From Camelus ferus (taxonomy: Eukaryota): DNA of 64,000 bases. The stretch lies in the NCBI RefSeq assembly GCF_009834535.1, contig NC_045697.1:43712001-43776000 (forward strand), in the 5' to 3' direction. The notes beneath the pieces were generated by a model that did not search any database, had not been told where the DNA came from, and saw only the letters and a list, made by a program, of their open reading frames with translations. Made by a program: the position numbers and the translations under genes. This document shows positions 23,301 to 38,300 of the stretch, one piece after another. Each line of letters begins with the position of its first letter. The first letter of the stretch is position 1.

Positions 23301-26300
23301 ATCTTTTTAATTCAAGGTTGAATTAAAAGAATATCTGAAAATAAATGATGCAATATATGAGGTTGACAGCAAAGCAGAGAATGGCATGACTTTTTCACGT
23401 CTCCTTAATTATAAGGTAACCCTGATAATCCCTGAAGATGAGGTTCCCAGACTTTGTTCCCAACTGCCCTGGGACACCACAGGGGAGTCTCATGGATACT
23501 GTGGAATAGTTTGGACATTTGAGAGAAAACAGCTGATGCTTGACGTCTGTTGGACACCATACAAACTACTGGTTCAAGATAGGCAGTATCCAGTGTCAGC
23601 ATTAGATCACACTACATTCCTTTCTATGATATTGTATCTTTGTGAAGTTGGGGAGAGTGTGTTGTACTTACTGTAAGCAAATACCATGTAAAAATCAATG
23701 TGGCACAGGACATAAGGGTTTCTACAGTTTGGAAACCTGTGGAGGGCCCAGCTGTGCACACAGTCCATTGGAGGGCTGTGATGGTTATTTAAGAATGAAA
23801 TTTTAAAAGATTTTTTATTCCATTGATGTGTATTATTTATTCAAATGGCTACTGATTTGTAAGGAAATACACACTTATTAATTTGTTTGGACCTAACTAC
23901 CTAATAATCAAAACTGTTAGGTATTTTATTTGCCCTTGGGGATCCAGGAACCAAGTTTGGAGACCTCTCCCATAAATGTTTTTTCATTCAGCAGCAACAG
24001 CAAAACAAGAAGAACGTCTGTAGGCTCTGTAGCTCAGATGTTGGTATATGAAAACGTTAATGTTCTGTGACTTACATGAAGGACATTAAAAAAGGAGAAA
24101 AGGAATTTTACAACAGTTTTAGAATTCTATAAAGGTATATTATTCTAAATCTTAATGAGTTTTCAGTCAAGTCAAAGGAAGTGAGATTTTAAATAACTTT
24201 GCATTTCTCTTCATGTTCTTTCTGAGTTCTTTGTGTCTGCGTAGTAAATATATTTTCTATTTCTGAAAATACATCCTGTAGTATGATTGAACCTGTGTTT
24301 TTGAAAGCTTAGTAATAGCAAGAGCTCTAACTTATTTGTGCAGTTCTTTGACTGTTACTGGGATCAATCTGTGTTTCTCTCTGTGGACTTTTTCTGCTTC
24401 AGTGCAGATAGACGTGCAGTTGATTTATTAATAACATTAACTATTTTCACTTCCTTTATTTAAAACTGAATACACCTAATGAAACCCTAATAATCTAAGA
24501 GAAAAGTGGAACTTAACATTTTGCTGTTTAATACAGGTTTCGTCTTTTCTTTTAAGTGATCATATTTATTAAATGAGAAGTTCAGAATTATGGATGATTT
24601 ACTTTCCTTTCGAAACACACTGATAAAATGAAAGGCTTTCATGGTTGCTAACTGCTTTGTTCCTACATCTTGTTGTACAGTATTCTGACACTCTGAAAAA
24701 GATGGATCCTGACCACTTGGTAGCATTGGTGACAGAAGTTATTCCCAATTATTCCTGCTTAGTTTTTTGTCCCACTAAGAAGAACTGTGAAAATGTAGCA
24801 GAAATGATATGCAAAATTTTAAGCAAGTATGTTAATCTTTTAAAAATATTCTGTTTTATTTTTATTATGATTTACATGCCAGGTATTCTGTTGATTCAAC
24901 AAGCACTAATTCTTGCAGAACATCGTACTGAGTTGTTGTACTAGGTTCTGAAGGCCCTGACCTGGAGGAAAGTTGAGCTGTGAAATATATATGTGTGGAA
25001 TAGAGAAAAGTTCTAAGGCTGCATGTCAGGGAATGCTGGCTAATACAATGGCTTGGCTGCACAATGAGTCATTGGGGGCCTTTTTAAAATCTCAGTGCCC
25101 AAGCTACATCCAAGACAAATCAGACAATCCCAGATAATCTCTGGGAGTAGAACCCAGGCACCATTATTTTGTAAAGCTCCCAGGCAAGTCCAACATGCAG
25201 CCAAGGTCAACCACTGGCTTACGTGATCAGAGAACTGATCACTGATCACTGTGGGGATGAATCATATCTTCAGCTTAACCTTCTCTTTAATTAAATACTG
25301 TTTTCTTTGTTTTCTTAGTAAACTTCACACTTAAGTTGTGTGGACATTGGGATTGAATTTCCTAAACAATTAAGAAATTTGTTGGTTGCAATTTTACAGT
25401 ATTTAATATTGGTTCTGTTGTATCATAGATATATATAAAGTGACCTTAAGTATAAACTGTTTAGTTTTTTCTGCACCTTTTTGTCCTATGTGTGGTTCTA
25501 TCATGTTTTTCAGACTTCTTTTTTGGTCCCTTAACCACTGCTGTATCACTATTCACAGACCAGTGCCCTGGACTCTAATCTAGTCATGCTCCACCTCCCC
25601 TCCCAATCCTGCTGTCATGGATTGGTCTAATATAGAGCTAAATCCGTTGGCTAACACAAAGATACACATGTTTGGGATAAAGTGAAGAAGTTTCCCATTT
25701 TGGTAGCTGCATGTCCACCTTTATAATGATGATGCACATTATAAAAGCCTAAGGAAATTGTCATTTGACTGGGAGGCATGAGTTTTATATTGGTCAAGTT
25801 ATACCTTTGACTTATTTTGCTTTTTGTTGATAATAGTTTATTTGAATCATAAATTTGGAAGTTTAATATCAAAGTACTTAAAAAGTAAAAAAAAATAAAT
25901 AAATAAAGTAAAATCTAGGGCTAAATGGTTTCTGATCTCAGTGGTGTCTTTAAAACATGATTTCTTGAGAGTCCTCGCATACCAGCTTATCTCTTAATAA
26001 TTTGCCTCCTTACCATAAATTTCATGGGAAGCAGTTACTATAGAACCACCTGGGCAGTAGAATGTGCTTGTAAGTGCAAAAACTGAAGCAGATTTTTCCC
26101 AATTGATTGTCTCAATCTCAAGGAAACATCTTTTTTCTGGCCGTTACTACTTTTGACTTTTAAGTCAAGAATGCCTTTTTTTTTTTTTTTTTTTTTTACA
26201 TTTTTTAAACACTATTTGCTGGCAACTGCCAAAGATCTGGCCATATCACTTTTCCTAAAAAATTCCTCTAAAAATGATATCACAGTGCTTCTTAGCCTGG

Positions 26301-29300
26301 AATTCAGGCTAAGATCTGACTCAGCTTACTTTTCTATCCTTCTTCCTTCTGCTCTTCATTCGCCTTGCACTCCTTCCAAGCTGAGCCACTTCTCTTCTTT
26401 GTTTGTGCTTTGCACTGCCCGTTGCCATGCCTGGGATCATGCCTTCCCCTCTGCGAACAGTGCACTTCCTGCCCCCTCACTGCTGCCTCTCTAACACCTG
26501 TTCTTCAGGACCCAGCGCAGATCTCACTTTCTCCCACAAAACCCTTCTCCATCTAACCATATCTTACCTGGTCAGTTACAAATCATGTCTCCCTTCTCTA
26601 AAACTGTAGGGTGATTATTAGTGTTCTCACACCATGTACGACTGAATTCCTTGAGAAGGGTTCATCCCTTTTAGGACCTCAAATACTGGCTGGAAGTAGT
26701 AACATGAAGTCTGTCACTCCCTACTCAGCTTGCACTGATCACCCTTAACCACTTTCTTCCCCATTCTTTGTTGTGTCCTTGCATCCCATTTCTCAACTTC
26801 TTATGAAATTCCTGGCCTGCTGCGGTTACCACCAGCCAGAGCTTTCCTTTCTTTCCGTGAAGCACACAACAACACAGGCTGTGTGTACTGTATACTCTTA
26901 GACTCTGTTTGCTACTGGTATTCAGAAGTCGTAGCTTTACAACTAGTAGTTAGTTGTACTTAGTCCTTCTTTCCTTTCTCTCTTTCTTTTCTAGAAGGGA
27001 ATTTAAATAATAGGTGCTTCTAGATAGGAGACATGGTTGGATATTACTGAGGCTTCTAAAATGCTAGTGTTTAGATAGTGTTCTACCTATAATATGTATG
27101 ATTTAATAATATATGTTTTCATCTTCAGAGAAGAAAATTTATGACTTAAAACAGATCACCTTCACTAAAGATGTATGTTTTGTGAAAAAGAAAATTGTAA
27201 CATGTAGAGCAGGGGTCTAAAACTGGCACCCATGGATTCGTAGGCAGAACAGGATTGAACTTCAGGAAGTCCATGAACCCTCTGAAATTACAGGCAGTGC
27301 TGTGTTTATGTGAATATTTGTTTTTCCCCTTAGCTGTAAGCAGATTTTCACAGAGCTCTGTGATCCACAAAAAGTTTGAGAGAAACTACCTAATAGTTAT
27401 TGAAAGCAAAATCAAAATCCTAAGAACATTTTATATACTTACGTCAATAAGTGATACGTTTTTAAGACGAGAATGTTTACATGCATCTACTCAAATTAAA
27501 ATTGCAGGCACCCTGTCACTGTAAGATCAAGGGGTCGTATCTCTAACAGATCTTTTTCCTAGGGAATATCTGAAGCACAGAGAGAAGGAAAAACACGAAC
27601 TGATTAAGAGCTTGAAGAATAGCAGCAGTGGCAGCTTGTGTCCTGTGCTAAAGCACACCATCCCCTTTGGGGTTGCTTATCACCACAGCGGCTTGACGAG
27701 TGATGAAAGGAAGCTCTTGGAGGAGGCCTACTCCACAGGCGTTCTCTGCCTTTTCACCTGCACATCCACCCTAGCAGCAGGTGTTAACCTACCAGCTCGA
27801 AGGTAAGATGTAAGTAATTGTTGGCCGGGCTCAAAACTTTTCAATTCCTAGCTTGCCAGCAGTTTTATTGTTGTCTTATTCGTTCTCAGTAGTGGGTGAG
27901 AATTTATCAAATGTTTTTTTCAGCACTTGCTGAGTTGATTGGTTTATTTCCTTTAATATTTTAATGAAAAATAACACCGGTAAGTTTTCTGCTGTTAGAA
28001 TTCCTTCTTTCCTGTTGCTCTCCCTGTCTGGTTTTGAGGTTAGGGTTTATTAGCCCAGTTGTGTAGAAACAGTTGGCAAGCTTTCCACCGTTTCTTATGA
28101 TCTGAAAGTTTATTTAACAGAGGTTTCCTTGAAACCTTAAAGACTTTTGAGTCTAGTATCTTTTTTAGAGTAGATCCTTGATTACCTTTTCAGTTATTAC
28201 CAAAGCTGTGTAGGGCTGTATAATTGATTTCTACTCTTTGTCATTTGTGACTTTAAAATTTGTGACCTTTTTCAAATAAATGATTGACTTTTGTAAATTA
28301 TCCATGAGCATAAAAAAAATGTGGGTATGCAGTTTCATAAGATCATGGTTATTAATCATGTTGTCAGCTCCTGTGTTTTCTTACTATTTGCGATTCTTTG
28401 TCAATTTCAGGGAGGGTATGTTAGGATCTCCCACTGTAATTATGGAGTTGTCAGCTTCTCTTTTTTACCTTTTTTAGAAGTTTTTTTTTGCTTTGTAGTT
28501 CAAAACTACTTAGGTATGTAAAGGTTTACTCCAAATATCTTACTGCTGAATTATACCTTTTATCAATAAAATCGGTTCTTGTCTTTCTCATTTAGTGATT
28601 TTACTTCAAATACTAGGATTACATTTTTTTTTTTGCCATGTATATGTTTTTCTATTCTTTCATTTTCAAATCCTGTCACTGACTAAATTTTCCATTTTTT
28701 CAGATAGTTGGTGAAATAAAGAAAGGAAATCTAATTCTGCAAGTCCTAACCATCCCAATCTAGCACTTCTCATTCACATTAGCTCTTGAGTATATTGTTT
28801 CAATTTAAAGTTTTATGCATTTCTTCATTTTAGAATAATTTTTTTCCAGTTATTTCTTTAATTATTTCTTTCCTTTCATGATCTCTGTTCTTTGCTTTTG
28901 TAACTTCAATTAGATAGAGTTGAAGCCTCTTAAATTGAGCTTTCAACTCTCAACTTTTTTTACACGTTGTTCAATCTATGTGACATGTATGATTTCTTCA
29001 GCTTTACCTCCCAAATGACAAAATCAGTTTTTAACTTACCCCATTAACTGTATTCATTCATTATTCAATTCTTCTATTGAATTGTTTAAATGAATTTTTT
29101 AAAGTTTTTTAATTTCTAAGAGCTCTCTTTTATTGCTCTTTCTTTATGGTAATCTGCTCTCATCTTGTGAATACATTGCCCTCTAGAACTTTCTGTGGAT
29201 ACCAGTTAGAATTTTTTAAAGTTCTTATCTGTCCCTGTATATCTGCTTCTGTGAGACATTTATTCTGTATGTTCATGTTATTTTTCTTTTATGGCATTAG

Positions 29301-32300
29301 TTTTCTTCATGTGTTTGGTAATTTTGGCTGCCCATTGGATTTATAAATAAAGGGGTAGGTTGATTGGTTTAGGTAAATGACAGGTTTTCTCGCACCTTTG
29401 AACAGGAAAGCTGGCTATAGATTTCTGTATACATGAGCAGGGTTGAAAACATGTTTGTAGGTCAAAAACAGTTGAAATTTGCAATTTTATGTAGTTGACA
29501 AAAATATAAGTTCATAAATAAATATGTATATGTTGGTAGTGTGTAGTCAGATTTTTTATTTATGGAATATAAAATCAAAAGTCTTCTTAGATTATTGCTA
29601 TAGTGGATTGATCATAAGCTTTGTTGCTAGTCAAACTTAAGTTCAGATTATGGTTCTGGTAATACTAATTTTGTGGTTGACTTGTCTGTGCTTCAATTAG
29701 CCCCTTCGTAAAAAGTAAATTAAATTAAATTAAATTAAAAAGAATATTAGCACCAAGAGTTTTGTAAGGATTACAGATAATGTCCATAAAGAACCTCAGG
29801 CATCATAGATTTTTGGTGAATGGTAGTAGTCATCTATTACTTTGAGTCAATGTGTTATTAAATTTAATGTCACTTAAGTTATAATGAAATTAAAAGTTTA
29901 AAAAATAGATGCTCTGGCTATAGATGGAATATTACTTTTAATTAATGTTATCAATTTCATAGAGTTATTTTAAGAGCCCCTTATGTTGCCAAAGAATTCT
30001 TAAAGAGGAATCAATATAAACAGATGATTGGCAGAGCTGGCCGTGCTGGAATAGATTCTTCTGGGGAGAGCATCCTTATTTTGCAAGAAAAAGACAAGCA
30101 ACAGGTAATATTCAACTGGTTGTTGGTTGGTTGTTTTGTCTTCTTTCTTTGTCTTTTGTCTGGCCCTTTTATGAGGTCTTCTTTTAAAAATTAATTATTA
30201 ATATTCCTTTAAATATTTTCTTCTCCTCTGTGATTAAGAATTAGAAAGAGTAGTGTGAATACTTTTTTATTTCAGGCAAACAATGAAAAGTATTTTCTCT
30301 ATTTATCTTTCTTCCATTTTCATTAGGACTCCTGCTAAATTCATATTTTTTTAATCTTTATGTTTTCTTATCTCCCCTGACCTCCACAAGATCTATGTAA
30401 AATATAAAATTTTATATGGAATGTCATTTATTTTTTATAATAACACAAAACTATAATATTGGTTTGATTGTTGTAGGTATTGGAGCTAATAAGCAGACCA
30501 TTGGAAAACTGTTACAGCCAACTTGTTCAAGAATTCACCAAGGGAATCCAAACTTTGTTCCTCTCTTTGATTGGTTTGAAGGTATTTTAAAATATTTTTA
30601 TATCTTATAAAGTGATATCTGAGATAATGGAGGTTTAAAAATTTTAAAAATCTGTGAAGTATGAAAAAAATGTTAAATTCTAATCTAATGTGGAAAAGAA
30701 CAATCTGACATGATAAATCTGAATCTAGATTTATATGTGCATTTTTAATCTTTTGAATTGTAAGGAATATGAAAAACCAACAAATCATAACTTGGTGTCC
30801 ATTACAAATAAGAGACTTTGGTGGGTACTGTGGGGGATACAAGGAGCTGTAAAGACATGGGTCCTGATGGGGGTAATCTAGCATCTCTGCCTTTGGTAAG
30901 AAAAAGGTTCACTGTAATCCTGTGACCATAAATGTGTGTGAGATCAGTATATACTTTATCAGGCAGAAAATTAAAAAAAAAAAAGTTAGTGGGGCACAAT
31001 GAGAAAATAGTCTTTTTTCCTAAAATCAGAAATTAGCTCTCTTTATTAGAGTTACTCTTGAGTTAAACCTCTTTATTAGGGATATTCTTAAGTAAATTTT
31101 AACTTTGTGCCCAAGGTCACTCTGCCTCAAAATAGCAAAACCAGAGTTTGAATTCAGCTTTATCTAACTACAAAACCAGCACTCTTAATCTATCGTACAG
31201 GCCACCTTCATTAACCTGAACAGTTTAAATGAAAATCCGAAAGGTGATTGATAAATAATAGACACCATGAGACAAGTTTTGATTTCCTTGCTGGTGAATG
31301 GTATATTACAATATCCCCTGGCAATTTATAAAAGTGAAAGGCTGCAAGAAAGAAAAGTAATTAGTGCTATGTATTGAAGGAGATAGAGGTTTTAGATAAG
31401 CAGAGGGAAGGAATAGCCATTACTTAGAATGAAAGGTGAGAAACCTTAAGATGATGCGGGGTGACAGTCAGTAGGCTTGAATATTGAGGAAGGCTGAAGA
31501 TACTGAGGAGTAGAAAGTTGAGTGGGAAAAGTTGGGCCAGACTGTGTGCTGTAGATGGAGGAAGGTGGAGAGCATGTTTAAACACTGGACTAAAGGGTTG
31601 TGACCCAATCACTTATCAGTGGAAATAGTGAAAGTTTTCTGTGGTTGTTCAGAGCAAGGGCTCTGATATCACACATACCTGTGTCCTGGTCAGAGCTCTG
31701 TCTCTTGTTACCCTGCATAAATTACTAACTCTTCCAGTTACCTGTGAAAAAGGAATACTACTATGCAGGAGTATTGCAAGGCTAGTTTGGGAGCAGCTGT
31801 AGTAAAGCATGTATAATGTAATAAAGACCTACAGTTGGAGGGTTGCCCTGGAATTAATAAAGGAGGGAAAGAGATCATGAAGATCACTGAGTCTTATTAC
31901 ATTTATATAGTGGATAAGGTAACAAGACTCAGAGAATTAATGGTTTAGTTTAAGGTCATTCAAGCAGTTATGGTTTAGATAGGATTATAATTCAGGTTCC
32001 TGCCTTGCTGGCCAGTAATCTTTCCAGTGTGCCATTGTGTATGTAGAACATTCGCTAAATGCATTTGAAAATTCACCAAGATAGACCATATTTTGGGTCA
32101 TAAAACAAGTCTAAATAAATTTGAAGGATTGAAATTATTTAGGGAATGGTATCTAATGACAACAGAATTAAAGTATACATCAGTAATAGAAAGGTATCAG
32201 GGAAATACCCAAATGTTTGGAAATTAAATAGCATACTTTGACCACAGGTCAAAGTAGAAATCATAAGGGAAATTAGAAAATATGTAATATAGATAAAAGC

Positions 32301-35300
32301 AGAAATCAATGACATAAAAAATAGACAAATGAGAAAAAAATTAATGAAACCATAAGCTAGTTCTTTGAAAAGATCAGTAAGATTATTGATTGAATTGATC
32401 AGGTGGAAAAGAGAAAACACATAAATTACCAACATGAGGAATGGAAGAAGGGTCATCACTGGAGATCCCAGAGATATTGAAGGTAGTATGGAATTATCTT
32501 TGAATAACTATATCCTTGAATACTGAAAAATGAATTCAACAATTTAGATGCAATGGGGGAAATTCTTAAAAGACAATTCTCAAAATCAACTGAAGAAGTA
32601 TAAAATCTAAATAGTTCTATATCTCCAAAAAAATTGAATTTATAATTTAAAACTTTCCCACAAAGAGAATTCCAGGCCCAGCTGACTTCACTGGTGAACT
32701 CTAACAAACTTTTAAAGAAGAAATAACACCAATCATACACATATTCTTCCCGAAAGTAGAGGAAGAGGGAACAGTGCTCATTTCATCTTATAAGACCAGC
32801 ATTACTCTGATACCAAAACCAGACAAAGATGTTACAAGAAGAGAAAGCTACAGGCCAATATCTCTTGGAAACATAAAAACCCTTATCAAAGTATTAGTAA
32901 TCCAGCAATACATTATAAGAGCAATATATCATGGTCAATCAGAGTTTATTCCAGTAATACAAAGTTGGTTTAATATTCAAAATTCAATCAATATAATTAC
33001 CCATTTGACAGAACTCAACACTCATTCATGATAAAAACTCAGCAAACTAGGAGTAAAAAAGGACTTCTTCAACCTGATAAAGGGTATTTACTTAAAAAAA
33101 AATGCAGGTAACATCACACTTAATCTCATCTGATTCCCCTGAGATCAGAAAAAGAAAAGATGTCTGCTCTCACCCTACTATTCAACATATATCAGAAGTC
33201 GTAGCCAATACAGTAAGACAGGACGAAAAATAAAAAACACGAATTGGAAAGGAAGAAGTAAAACTATCTTATTTGCTGATGGTGTTGAGTTCAAGAAAAA
33301 TCCAAAGAAATGTACAAAAAAACTAGGGTATAATTAGCAGTGTCATAAGATACAGGGTCAGTGTACAAAACTCAATTGTATTTCTACATACTTACTACAA
33401 ATAATTGGAAAAACAATTCCATTTACACTAGCATCAAAAACCATGAAATACTTAGGGATAAATTTAACTAATACGTGTCAGACCTATACATTGAAAACTA
33501 AAACACTGCTGAGAGAAATTAAAGAAGACCAAAATAAATGGAGAGAGATATCATATTCATGAATTGGAACACTCAGTTTTGTTCAGATGTTACTTCATCC
33601 CAAATTGATCTATAAATTCAGTTTAATCCCAATCAAAATCTCAACAGGTTGTTTTGTGTAAGTTGTAAACTGATACTAGAATTTATTTAGAAATGCAAAG
33701 AAGTAGGGGCAGTGCTCCCTAAGTCTGGGACTCGCCCATCTTACCTCCCCATCTCCAGTTTCACTCTCACCCACTGCTTTGTCTGGTTAACTCCCACTCA
33801 ACCCTGAAACTTTCACTTAGCCTCGCTTGCTTAGGAAAGCCTCCCTGTACTGCTGAGTCCAGTCAGTCTATTGTGTGCTTTAAAAACCACATTCCCTTCC
33901 TCTAATGACATCTATCAGTTTGTAATTGTATTTTGGGGGGCCTTTTTTTTTTAATTGAAATATAACTTATTTACAGTGTTGTGTTAGTTTCTGGTGTACT
34001 GCATAGTGATTCAGTTATACATATATATTTTTTTCATTATAGGTTTTTTAAGCTATTGAATATAGTTCCCTGTGCTATACAGTAGGACCTTGTTACTTAT
34101 CTCTTCTATATATAGTAGTTTATATCTGCCAATCCCGAACTCCTAATTTATCCCTCCCTCCACCCTTTCCCCTTTGGTAATCATAAGTTTGTTTTCTATG
34201 TCTGTGAGTTTCTGTTTTGTAAGTAAGTTCACTTGTATCATTTTTTTTGATTCCACTAATAAGTGATATCATATGATATTTGTTTTCCTCTGTCTGACTT
34301 ACTTCACTTAGTATGATGATCTCTAGGTCCATCCATGTTGCTGCAAATGGCATTATTTTGTTCTTTTTTATGGCTGAGTGGTATTCCATTGTATAAATAT
34401 ACCACAAATTCTTTATCTAGTCATCTGTCAGTTGGACATTTAGGTTGTTTCCGTGTCTTAGCTGATGTAAATAGTGCTGCTATGAACACTGCAGTGCATG
34501 TGTCATTTCAAATTGGAATTTTCTTCAGATATATGCCCAGAAGCGGGATTACTGGATCATATAGTAAGTCTATTTTTTTAGCTTTTTTTAGGAATCTCCA
34601 TACTATTTTCCATAGTGGCTGCACCAAATGTAATTTTATTCTTAGTAGTGCAGTTATTTAGCTAATAACTTTACCCCACCAGAATGTAAGCTCTGTGGCA
34701 GCAGGGTCCACAGTTATTTTCATTTATCACTGAATCCCAGTGCCTAGCACCGTGCCTGGCATGTGGTTGCCACTCAGTAAATACTTGAATTAATGAATCG
34801 ATTGATTTTGCAGTTGGTCATGGCTGAACCTGCAGATTGGGGCAACAGTGGAGAATCCAGCTTTGAGAAGTTGTGGAGGTCAGAGGCAGAGGCAGGCCCA
34901 GTGAGTTTAAATCACTGTGTCTAAAAGCTTTTCACAGAGGGGTAGAAAGCTAACATGATGGAAGCTAGAAGAATCAAGTAAAGGGTTTTTTGTTTGTTTG
35001 TTTACGCCTAGTGTTAACTATAATCAACAAGGTAGAAAACAATAAAGAAACTAAGTATGTTGATAATCTACAAACTGATTAGTTCTTGAATATCTCAAAG
35101 GTGCAGTTTTAGCCTAAATAAATACTATATTAAAAATGATTTTTTTAAAGGAGGAGAAGCAATAAGAAATGTCTGTGCTCCACAGTATTTTTTATCCCTT
35201 ACATTGGCTTAATATGAAATTACTACTGAAGTTTTCCAGTTGAAATATCATCAGAATTATAAGAGAGAGAAAATATGCTTATTGGTTGACCATATTTTAA

Positions 35301-38300
35301 TATAACATGCTGATTTCATTGAAATTGGCTAATATAAATTATTGTAATTCAGAGTCAGCTCTATGTCTGAATACCAAATGGTGGGTTAAGTATTACTTAT
35401 GATCACCATTATAAGTTTTAAATTAGTGATCAGGGGAGGAGGGAAAAAGGCAGCAAAAGAATAGAAAAAGGAGATGGGAATGAGAGCAACAAAAAGAGGT
35501 AGAAAACTGCTATTTATTTTTAGGTAATATGTCAGAGTATTGCCTGGTCCTGTTTTAATGGACTTTCAGTTTTGTTTTCTGTCTGTGTGTGTGTGCTCAT
35601 TTTTAACATAGGTGCTTTTTGTTTTTTGGGGTGTTTTTTTTTTTTTGTCATAAAAAACATTTTATGTGAAATGTAGATTGGACTTTTTTTTTTAACATTT
35701 TTTATTGTGTTATAGTCACTTTACAATGTTGTGTTAAATTCCAGTGTAGAGCACAATTTTTCAGTTGTACATGAACCTGTTAACACAGGTTTTAAAGCGA
35801 AAGACTGCTTTCACAGGTGACTGGAAAGGGGTAGAAAGGAGGATTTCTGGAGGAGGCTGAGTGGGAATTGGTGATAATTTTGTGTGTGTGTGAGGGAGGT
35901 AATTAGGTAGAGAGAGAAAGAGAATGAACTGGGGGTTCAACTCAGGACCTTGTGCGTGCTAAACACGCACTCTACCACTGAACTGTACCCTCCCCCCAGA
36001 ATTAGTAATAATTGATCAGAGAGTAATCAGCACAGCTTTGGAGATACTGTGAAAAATTATTCAAAAACCTAAGGAGTTTTTGAATGAGAAATGTGTAGAT
36101 GTGTTCATTAAAAATATGCATGTGATAACTACCTTCTCCCTTAAATTTTTTCTTGTGATTTTAAAATGCCATTGTAAAATTACCTTTATGTAACTATGTA
36201 GATTTATAACAATTTTTTATTTAAATAGCTTTGAGGTATTGAAATGAGTCATCATCTTGATTAATTATTCATTCAAATGATACCTTGAATTAGGGAAGAT
36301 GCTCCAATGATGTCCTGAATTGTTTCAGATTACAACAAATCTTGGTGACATATACCACTTTATGAGTGGTACATTTTTTGGTGTTCAGCAAAAGATTTTG
36401 TTGAAAGAAAAAAGTCTCTGGGAAATAACTGTCGAATCACTTAGATACCTGACAGAAAAAGGACTCCTACAAAAAGACACCACTTTGACAGAAAGAGGAC
36501 TTCTACAAAAAGACACTATTTACAGGTCCGAAGATGAGTTCCATAGTTTTCATATTACAAAGTTGGGACGAGCTTCTTTTAAGGGTAAGAGTTCACTTAA
36601 ATCTCACTACTAATCTGAGGAAATGCATTGGAAAACATAGAGATTATTCTGTAACTTTAAATTGGATTTGTAATTTCATATTAATAAAATTAATCTTACA
36701 AACTGTTAGACTACTTCAACTTTAAAAAGTTGAAAAATGTTTTGAATCACAAGTAATTTAGAATACTGCAAAAGTATGTGGAAAAAAAGATGTTCATCCC
36801 TCCTTCTTGCTCCCCTCCCCAGGCCATCACACAAATCATAATATCCTACCAAGAATAACAATTTGGTGTAAATCCTTCCAGACGTTTTCTGTAAATTTCA
36901 TAACAATTTGATATATATACATCCTTCCAGATATTTTTACATGTACATGTATATATGTCTGTATTGTATGTGCATATGTGTCTGCATACATACATATACG
37001 TATATACATACACACATACATACATGTGTGCATAATGTAAGTATTTGGGGGCAGCTTGCTTTTCTCACTTCTAAAATATCATGAGCATCTTCACATGTCA
37101 GTCTCTTTAAATCTGCCTTATTTTTCTTTTAATACTTTAGTCATCCATAGTAGGGATACCATAATGTATTTAACCATTCTTTTATTGATGGACATTTACA
37201 CTACTTCTGATTTCTCTCAGTTGTAGACAAGGCTGCATGGGCATCTCTGTTCATGTATTTTTGGATATGTGTGGAAATACTTCTCTAGCTTAGATTCCCA
37301 AAATAGGGTAGTTGGGTCAGAAGGTATGTACTTATTAAATGTTGACGGATGCTATCAAAGTGACTGCCAAAATAGTTGTGCTAAATTACATAATAAGAGA
37401 TTTTAAATACTTTTTGCTATATTTAGGTAACTCCTAAACCAGACTTTCTTTAAAATCACCTCTTTCCCCACTGGTGATTATGAAAGATGAACTATTTGTA
37501 TCTTTCTTTTAGGGACTATAGATTTGGCTTATTGTGACATTCTCTACAGAGACTTGAAGAAAGGTCTTGAAGGACTTGTGCTTGAAAGCCTTCTTCATCT
37601 AATTTACCTAACAACTCCCTATGATATGGCTTCTCAGTGTAACCCTGATTGGATGATATACTTCAGGCAGGTGAGAAGATAAGATTCTGCAATGTAGGCT
37701 ACCTAGTTTATTAATCATGATATGATTTTTATCAAGTGATTATTCACTTTTTTCCTCCATTAAAATATATTTGAAATTGGGCCTTTAATCTTTCAGTTTT
37801 TAAAGCAGCAATATGGCAATAGCATTTTTGTTTGTTTCACTTAAATATTACTTTTCTGTTAAATATAAACATATTCATTATCAAAAAAAAATAAAGGTGC
37901 AGAAAAGAAAATAGGGTCATCTCTGGTCCCATTCCCCCAAAGATAGTTACTCTTGTGGTTTGGTGACCACTGTGTTTTACAGTGTAAAGAAAGCCATGAA
38001 AGCCATCTCTAATGATTGAGAATTTCATTCCATGAAAGCTTTATCTGGGCCATGCATGATGAGACACCAAACCCAGTGATGTTAATATCTGAGAAGGAAT
38101 ATCATTCTTATGGCCAGTAGCCAGGTAGAAGTGGCCCTACATGCTACAAAACCAAGGGGTAGAGTACAGTCTATTATGGTTTTACTGTGAACAAGCTAGA
38201 TTCATGAACACATAGTAGGTAGAAGCAGTATGTAGCTTTTAGTTGCAGGAAATTAACTTTCTTTTTAATGCCGTATTTTTAAATAGTTACTCTAAGTTGT

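Noticed and set aside
32774..34407. ORFs resembling reverse transcriptase or L1 ORF2
   Set aside because: Fragments of decayed L1 elements with frameshifts and stops; not functional genes.
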